From NCBI GenBank assembly GCA_963727625.1, contig CAVSHR010000011.1, positions 32,001 through 96,000 of the forward strand: DNA of 64,000 nucleotides. Reading direction: 5' to 3'. Source of the DNA: an uncultured delta proteobacterium (GTDB lineage: Bacteria > Desulfobacterota > Binatia > UBA9968). This document shows positions 59,960 to 64,000 of this stretch, piece by piece. How positions within the stretch are numbered: position 1 is the first letter of the stretch; each line of letters begins with the position of its first letter. Both the position numbers and the translations under genes were made by a program. The notes under the pieces are model-generated. The model did not search any database. It was not told the DNA's origin and saw nothing but the letters and a program-made list of their open reading frames with translations.

Positions 59960-61114
59960 ATGCCAGTCATCTTTGCCCTTGGATTCCGACCGTTTTTTCT
60001 GCTCGCGGGCTGCGTGGCAGTTCTCCTAATGGCGATCTGGGCGCCCGCCTTTGTCGGCGGTTTCGCCTTCGAGACCTTCTACGGACAGATCGACTGGCAC
60101 AGCCATGAAATGATCTTCGGCTATAGCGCCGCGGTCATCGCCGGTTTTCTGCTGACCTCGGTGCGCAACTGGACCGGGAAACCGACGCCCACCGGCTCTT
60201 TGTTAGCGGGCATGGCGGTGCTATGGCTTCTCGGTAGAATCCTGCCGTTCTTCTCCAATATATTTTCTAACTGGTTGATCGCTTTCATCGATCTGGCGTT
60301 CTTGCCGGCAGTGGTGCTCGGTATCGGCGTGCCGTTGTTGCGCAGCGGTGAAAGACGGAACTTAATCTTCCTGCCGCTTTTGGCCGCATTCTGGGGGGCG
60401 GATCTTCTCGTCCATGCCGAGCTGCTCGGCCTGGCGCCGAGCCTCGCACGCAAGGGAATCTTTCTGGGCCTCAATCTAATCGTTTTGTTGATCGTGGTTA
60501 TGGGCGGGAGGGTGATTCCCTTCTTCACGGAACGGGCGTTGACCGGTGTGGCGATAAAGCGCTGGCCGATGATCGAGTGGCTGTCGCCGCTCAGTGTGAT
60601 GTTCTTTTTACTGGCGGAGCTCTTTCTCCCGGACTCGCGGTTGTCCGCAAGTTTTGCCGCCCTGGCCGGCTGCGCCAACGGTGTTCGACTCGCGGGTTGG
60701 TACACCTCTCGCTATTGGCGCGTGCCGTTGCTCTGGGTGCTGCACCTTGGCTATGGCTGGATCGTCGTGGGATTTTACTTGAAAGTCGGTGCCGCGCTCG
60801 GGGCCGTTGCGTCGCAGTTCACTGTCCATGCCTTTACCGTGGGCGGTATCGGCGTCCTGACCCTCGGCATGATGGCGCGCGTCTCGCTCGGCCACACGGG
60901 GAGGCCATTGAAAGTCGCACCCGCCATGGCTGCCGCCTTCGGCTTGGTTAATCTTGCGGCCGTGACTCGCGGGTTGTTGCCGATCCTGTCTCCACAATGG
61001 TTCTCCCGGCTCATCATCGTCAGCAGTGCGCTGTGGATCACCGCATTCGTTATTTTTCTCGCCATCTACACACCGATACTCACGCAACCTAGAATTGACG
61101 GCCGGCCCGGCTAG
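59960..61114 (+). CDS. nnrS: NnrS family membrane protein
   Basis: GFRPFFL, WHSHEMIFG, GFLLTSVRNWTG, GRVIPFF, HAFTVG, RVSLGHTGR, PRIDGRPG. Confidence 0.93.
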   Translation: MPVIFALGFRPFFLLAGCVAVLLMAIWAPAFVGGFAFETFYGQIDWHSHEMIFGYSAAVIAGFLLTSVRNWTGKPTPTGSLLAGMAVLWLLGRILPFFSNIFSNWLIAFIDLAFLPAVVLGIGVPLLRSGERRNLIFLPLLAAFWGADLLVHAELLGLAPSLARKGIFLGLNLIVLLIVVMGGRVIPFFTERALTGVAIKRWPMIEWLSPLSVMFFLLAELFLPDSRLSASFAALAGCANGVRLAGWYTSRYWRVPLLWVLHLGYGWIVVGFYLKVGAALGAVASQFTVHAFTVGGIGVLTLGMMARVSLGHTGRPLKVAPAMAAAFGLVNLAAVTRGLLPILSPQWFSRLIIVSSALWITAFVIFLAIYTPILTQPRIDGRPG

Positions 61115-61160
61115 GGGTGGCGCGCCACGCGGCGCACCGCGAAATTATCCCGAGCAAGCA

Positions 61161-61277
61161 AAGTTTCTTGTCGACGCGAATCTTGCGCCGTCTCTGTGTG
61201 TTTGGATGGGACCGCGCGGTCATGGAGCCGAACACCTTGTCGATCTCTTAACCGCAATCGATTTGCAGATTCAGTGG
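61161..61277 (+). pseudogene. N-terminal remnant of a DUF5615/VapC45-like PIN protein
   Basis: KFLVDANLAPSLCVWMGPRGHGAEHLVD..AIDLQI matches the (M)KFL-x-D-x-NL...GH-x-x-x-H..D-x-x-I pattern; no start codon, truncated. Confidence 0.55.
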
Positions 61278-61356
61278 CGTGGTAGGGTTCAATGTTCACT
61301 ATCCCCGTTCGAAACATTAAACTTGGAACATTGAACCTTGAACGGCTCGTCCTGGT

Positions 61357-62367
61357 CTAAGCCAACTCCAACCCCACCACCTTCGCCGGGTTCTTCGTAC
61401 AGACCGTGTACAGCTCTTCCTGATTCAGTCCGAACGCTTCCATGTAACCGCGGACTAAGCGCATCGCTTCGACGGAGTCGGGAAAGAGCGGTTCGCCGGC
61501 GTCGCTGGAGAGCGTGAAATGCTCCGGGCCCACTTCGCGGATGGTGTTGTACATGATCTGCGGATCGACGCCGAGGAGCGGCGAGAGCTCGTCCCAGGTG
61601 AAGTTAAAGAGTATTCCAACTGGGGCGAGCTCCTTCATCATTTCCGGTGAGACGTTCAAGAACGGGCTGAACGGGTGATCGATCACCGCGCGCTTGACTC
61701 CCGCCTTGTCGACTTCCTCGGCGAGTTTGTAAATTTCCTTATGTGTTGCGTGGCCGAAAAAGAGCGCGGCATTTCGGTCGGCGCAAAGGTGAACGATGTC
61801 GCGAACTTCGGGCTTTAACTTGCCGTTTTCATCGAGATCGTAGTGGCCGACCTGCATGGCTTCATTCCACGGCAGCGGGCCGACCCAACCTGGAGTGTTG
61901 CGGCTCTGTACGAACCGCCCGTAGGTTCCCACCGTGCTCATGGTAATCACGTGGCTAAATACCGGGAGCCATACCGCGGAAATGCCGCGGTCGATCATAT
62001 CACTGACAGTCTTGGCCGAGACCGGCGCCATCTGCCGGCCGCACACGTAGCTCGACCAGCAGGTGATCGGCGTGACATCTTCTTTCTCCGCCCAACGATT
62101 GACGTCGTCCTGGACAGATTGCGTGGCTTTTACCGGATCGTCCCCGGGAATGCTCTTGAACAGCAGCCCTTTCATTTCCGCCAAGGAGGCGCGCCGGGCA
62201 AGATCGTAGGGATCTTGTTGGCCTTCATGGGTATGGCAGTGAATGTCGATGGCGTCTTTGACCTTGATGTGTGGCGGATGAACGACGCCCGGTTTGTACT
62301 GCGTTCGCGCGGCGTAGGAAGTCACGCAGCGTTCATGGGTGGGCGTGGACACGATATTTTGGGCCAT
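61357..62367 (-). CDS. DUF6282-like metal-dependent hydrolase (amidohydrolase fold)
   Basis: AIDIHCH, FKS, GH, IDHP, LSSDAG and C-terminal NPA..VG motifs. Confidence 0.75.
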   Translation of the reverse strand: MAQNIVSTPTHERCVTSYAARTQYKPGVVHPPHIKVKDAIDIHCHTHEGQQDPYDLARRASLAEMKGLLFKSIPGDDPVKATQSVQDDVNRWAEKEDVTPITCWSSYVCGRQMAPVSAKTVSDMIDRGISAVWLPVFSHVITMSTVGTYGRFVQSRNTPGWVGPLPWNEAMQVGHYDLDENGKLKPEVRDIVHLCADRNAALFFGHATHKEIYKLAEEVDKAGVKRAVIDHPFSPFLNVSPEMMKELAPVGILFNFTWDELSPLLGVDPQIMYNTIREVGPEHFTLSSDAGEPLFPDSVEAMRLVRGYMEAFGLNQEELYTVCTKNPAKVVGLELA

Positions 62368-62715
62368 GGTTTTTCTCCTTTGACCGGTGGCTGGGATGTT
62401 GCTATAGACGCGGTGAGTTTGTCAAAGCGATTTTGGGGCGAGACGCGCGGCGTGAGAAAAAAAGGTATTAGGAATTAGGCGATAGTCGGTACAGGACAAA
62501 TTCCAAAAACGTGACCCTGTTCGTGTTTCGTGAGATCGATCCCTGGCACAGATCAAAGCGTTCAAGACGTTCAATCGTTGCGCTCCGTTCAAATCGTTTA
62601 GCCCCTCTAAGCAGAAAGAAAAAACTAGTTCGTTTTTGGGTTGGAGTTGTTGTAAGAACGGTCGGATTGCTTCACTTTCACTGAAACTTTCTTATTTCCT
62701 GGAGAGGCCATCGTA

Positions 62716-63084
62716 ATGACGAACCGTTTCAATCCAGGTTGGCGTGCACCGTGTCTATTGCTCGCGACCATGCTGCTGTTTCTGCCCAGTACGCGGGTCT
62801 TTGCGGCGGACAAACTTACTTTGATCTACACGACGCGGGTGATGTCGCAGGCCTATCCGTGGATCGCCCAGGATCTTGGGCTGTTTAAAAAATACGATCT
62901 CGATATGCCGGTGGTTTTCGTCACACCGGGCGCGCCGTCGGTCGCGGCGATACTCTCCAGGGATAGCGACGTGGCGGTGATCGGCGCGGCAAGCATCACG
63001 CGACCCTGGGTGCAGGAGAATAAAGATCCAGTATTTGTCGGCGGCATTAAAAGCCTGCTGAAGCTACGCGACAGATTGAAATGA
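62716..63084 (+). pseudogene. Truncated ABC substrate-binding protein
   Basis: Signal peptide plus YPWIAQDLGLFKKYDL..APSVAAILS, ending at 122 aa. Confidence 0.7.
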
Positions 63085-63235
63085 TCCGGGATTGGCGCGA
63101 TGATCTTTGCGCCAACAAGAGGAAAATATTAGGTTCATTTCGTCAAACTCCGTTGTGATAGCCGTTCCCGTCTCCTATAATCAGCCAGTATTTTATCCGC
63201 GCCCTTCGTAATCGCGAGAAGCGGGAGGTGTCGAC

Positions 63236-64000
63236 ATGGATTATGCGCGATGGGTCGAGGCCCTTGAGAAGTCGTTCAACCTTTTCATTCAACGAATCGG
63301 CGAACATTTTCCGAATTTTCTCGGCGCCATCTTGCTTGTTCTGGGCGGCTGGGTGCTCGCGCGTTTACTGCGCGCGGCGATCATCCGGCTGAGCGGCCGG
63401 CTCGATAGCCTGGTGCACAGCCAGGCGAAGGACGATTTTCTCAAGCGGCTGGGGGTGGAGAGGCCCGCATCCGCTCTGATTGGCAGCATCGTTTTCTGGC
63501 TGGTGTTTTTGGTGTTTTTCACCGCCGCCACCGAGACCCTGGGGCTGCCGGTGTTCGCGACCTGGTTGAGCGGCGTTTCTTATTATCTGCCGCGCATACT
63601 GGTCGCGGTGTTGATCGTGCTTGCCGGCCTGCTCGCCGGAAATCTAGCGCGCGACGCGATCACCGCCACGGCGAGCGCCGCAGGCATAGCCTACGCCGAG
63701 CTGTTGGGCCGGGCGATCTACGTGATCATTCTATTGGTCGCGGTTGTCACGGGCGTCGATCAGATGGGGATCGAAAGCCGCTTTCTTACCCTGACGATCA
63801 CCATCGTCATCGCCGCGCTGATCGGCGGTGCCGCGCTCGCCTTCGGGCTCGGCTCGCGCACGACCGTGAGCAATATCATCGCAGCGCATTATTTGCGGCA
63901 GAGTTATCGGGTCGGCCACACCGTGAAAATCGGCCCGGTGCAGGGCAGGATCGTCGAGATCACGCCCACCGCCGTGATCCTCGACAGTTCAGAGGGGCGC
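63236..64000 (+). CDS. MscS-related/TM-helix-repeat membrane protein (runs off window edge)
   Basis: Not in ORF track. From ATG 63236 (GGAGG RBS): MDYARWVEALEKSFNLFIQRIGEHFPNFLGAILLVLGGW...YLPRILVAVLI...ALAFGLGSRTTVSNIIAAHY...YRVGHTVKIG..QGRIVEI; open to the window end. Confidence 0.85.
   Translation, partial: MDYARWVEALEKSFNLFIQRIGEHFPNFLGAILLVLGGWVLARLLRAAIIRLSGRLDSLVHSQAKDDFLKRLGVERPASALIGSIVFWLVFLVFFTAATETLGLPVFATWLSGVSYYLPRILVAVLIVLAGLLAGNLARDAITATASAAGIAYAELLGRAIYVIILLVAVVTGVDQMGIESRFLTLTITIVIAALIGGAALAFGLGSRTTVSNIIAAHYLRQSYRVGHTVKIGPVQGRIVEITPTAVILDSSEGR

Overview
GC-rich chromosomal window whose gene content (many orphan SsuA/NMT1-type substrate-binding proteins, amidohydrolases, acyl-CoA enzymes, short inverted 7-/9-mer intergenic arrays) resembles Candidatus Binatia-type bacteria; the taxonomy is an inference. 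Most of it is catabolic: a large CoA-dependent cluster (13.3-31.7 kb) and a second paralogous hydroxycinnamoyl-CoA hydratase-lyase/acyl-CoA dehydrogenase/CoA-transferase module (53.5-58.7 kb). Two hidden structures stand out. (1) At 44.6-48.3 kb, two tandem UGSC-motif selenoprotein genes are split by the ORF track at in-frame TGA codons. Each TGA is followed at +11 nt by an identical SECIS-like hairpin, and each gene is followed by a paralogous ~350-aa partner of unknown function. (2) At 32.4-37.9 kb there is a decaying integron-like cassette array with attC-like sites but no integrase in the window, carrying DUF2971-like, DUF6988-like, DUF4145-like, HEPN and HicBA genes. The window also holds a frameshifted tctA, an amber-interrupted hydrolase, several internally deleted SBP pseudogenes, a REC/GGDEF/EAL signalling pair, nnrS and a MITE-like element. 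No rRNA, tRNA or CRISPR array was recognised. All family assignments come from motif recognition by eye, not database searches.
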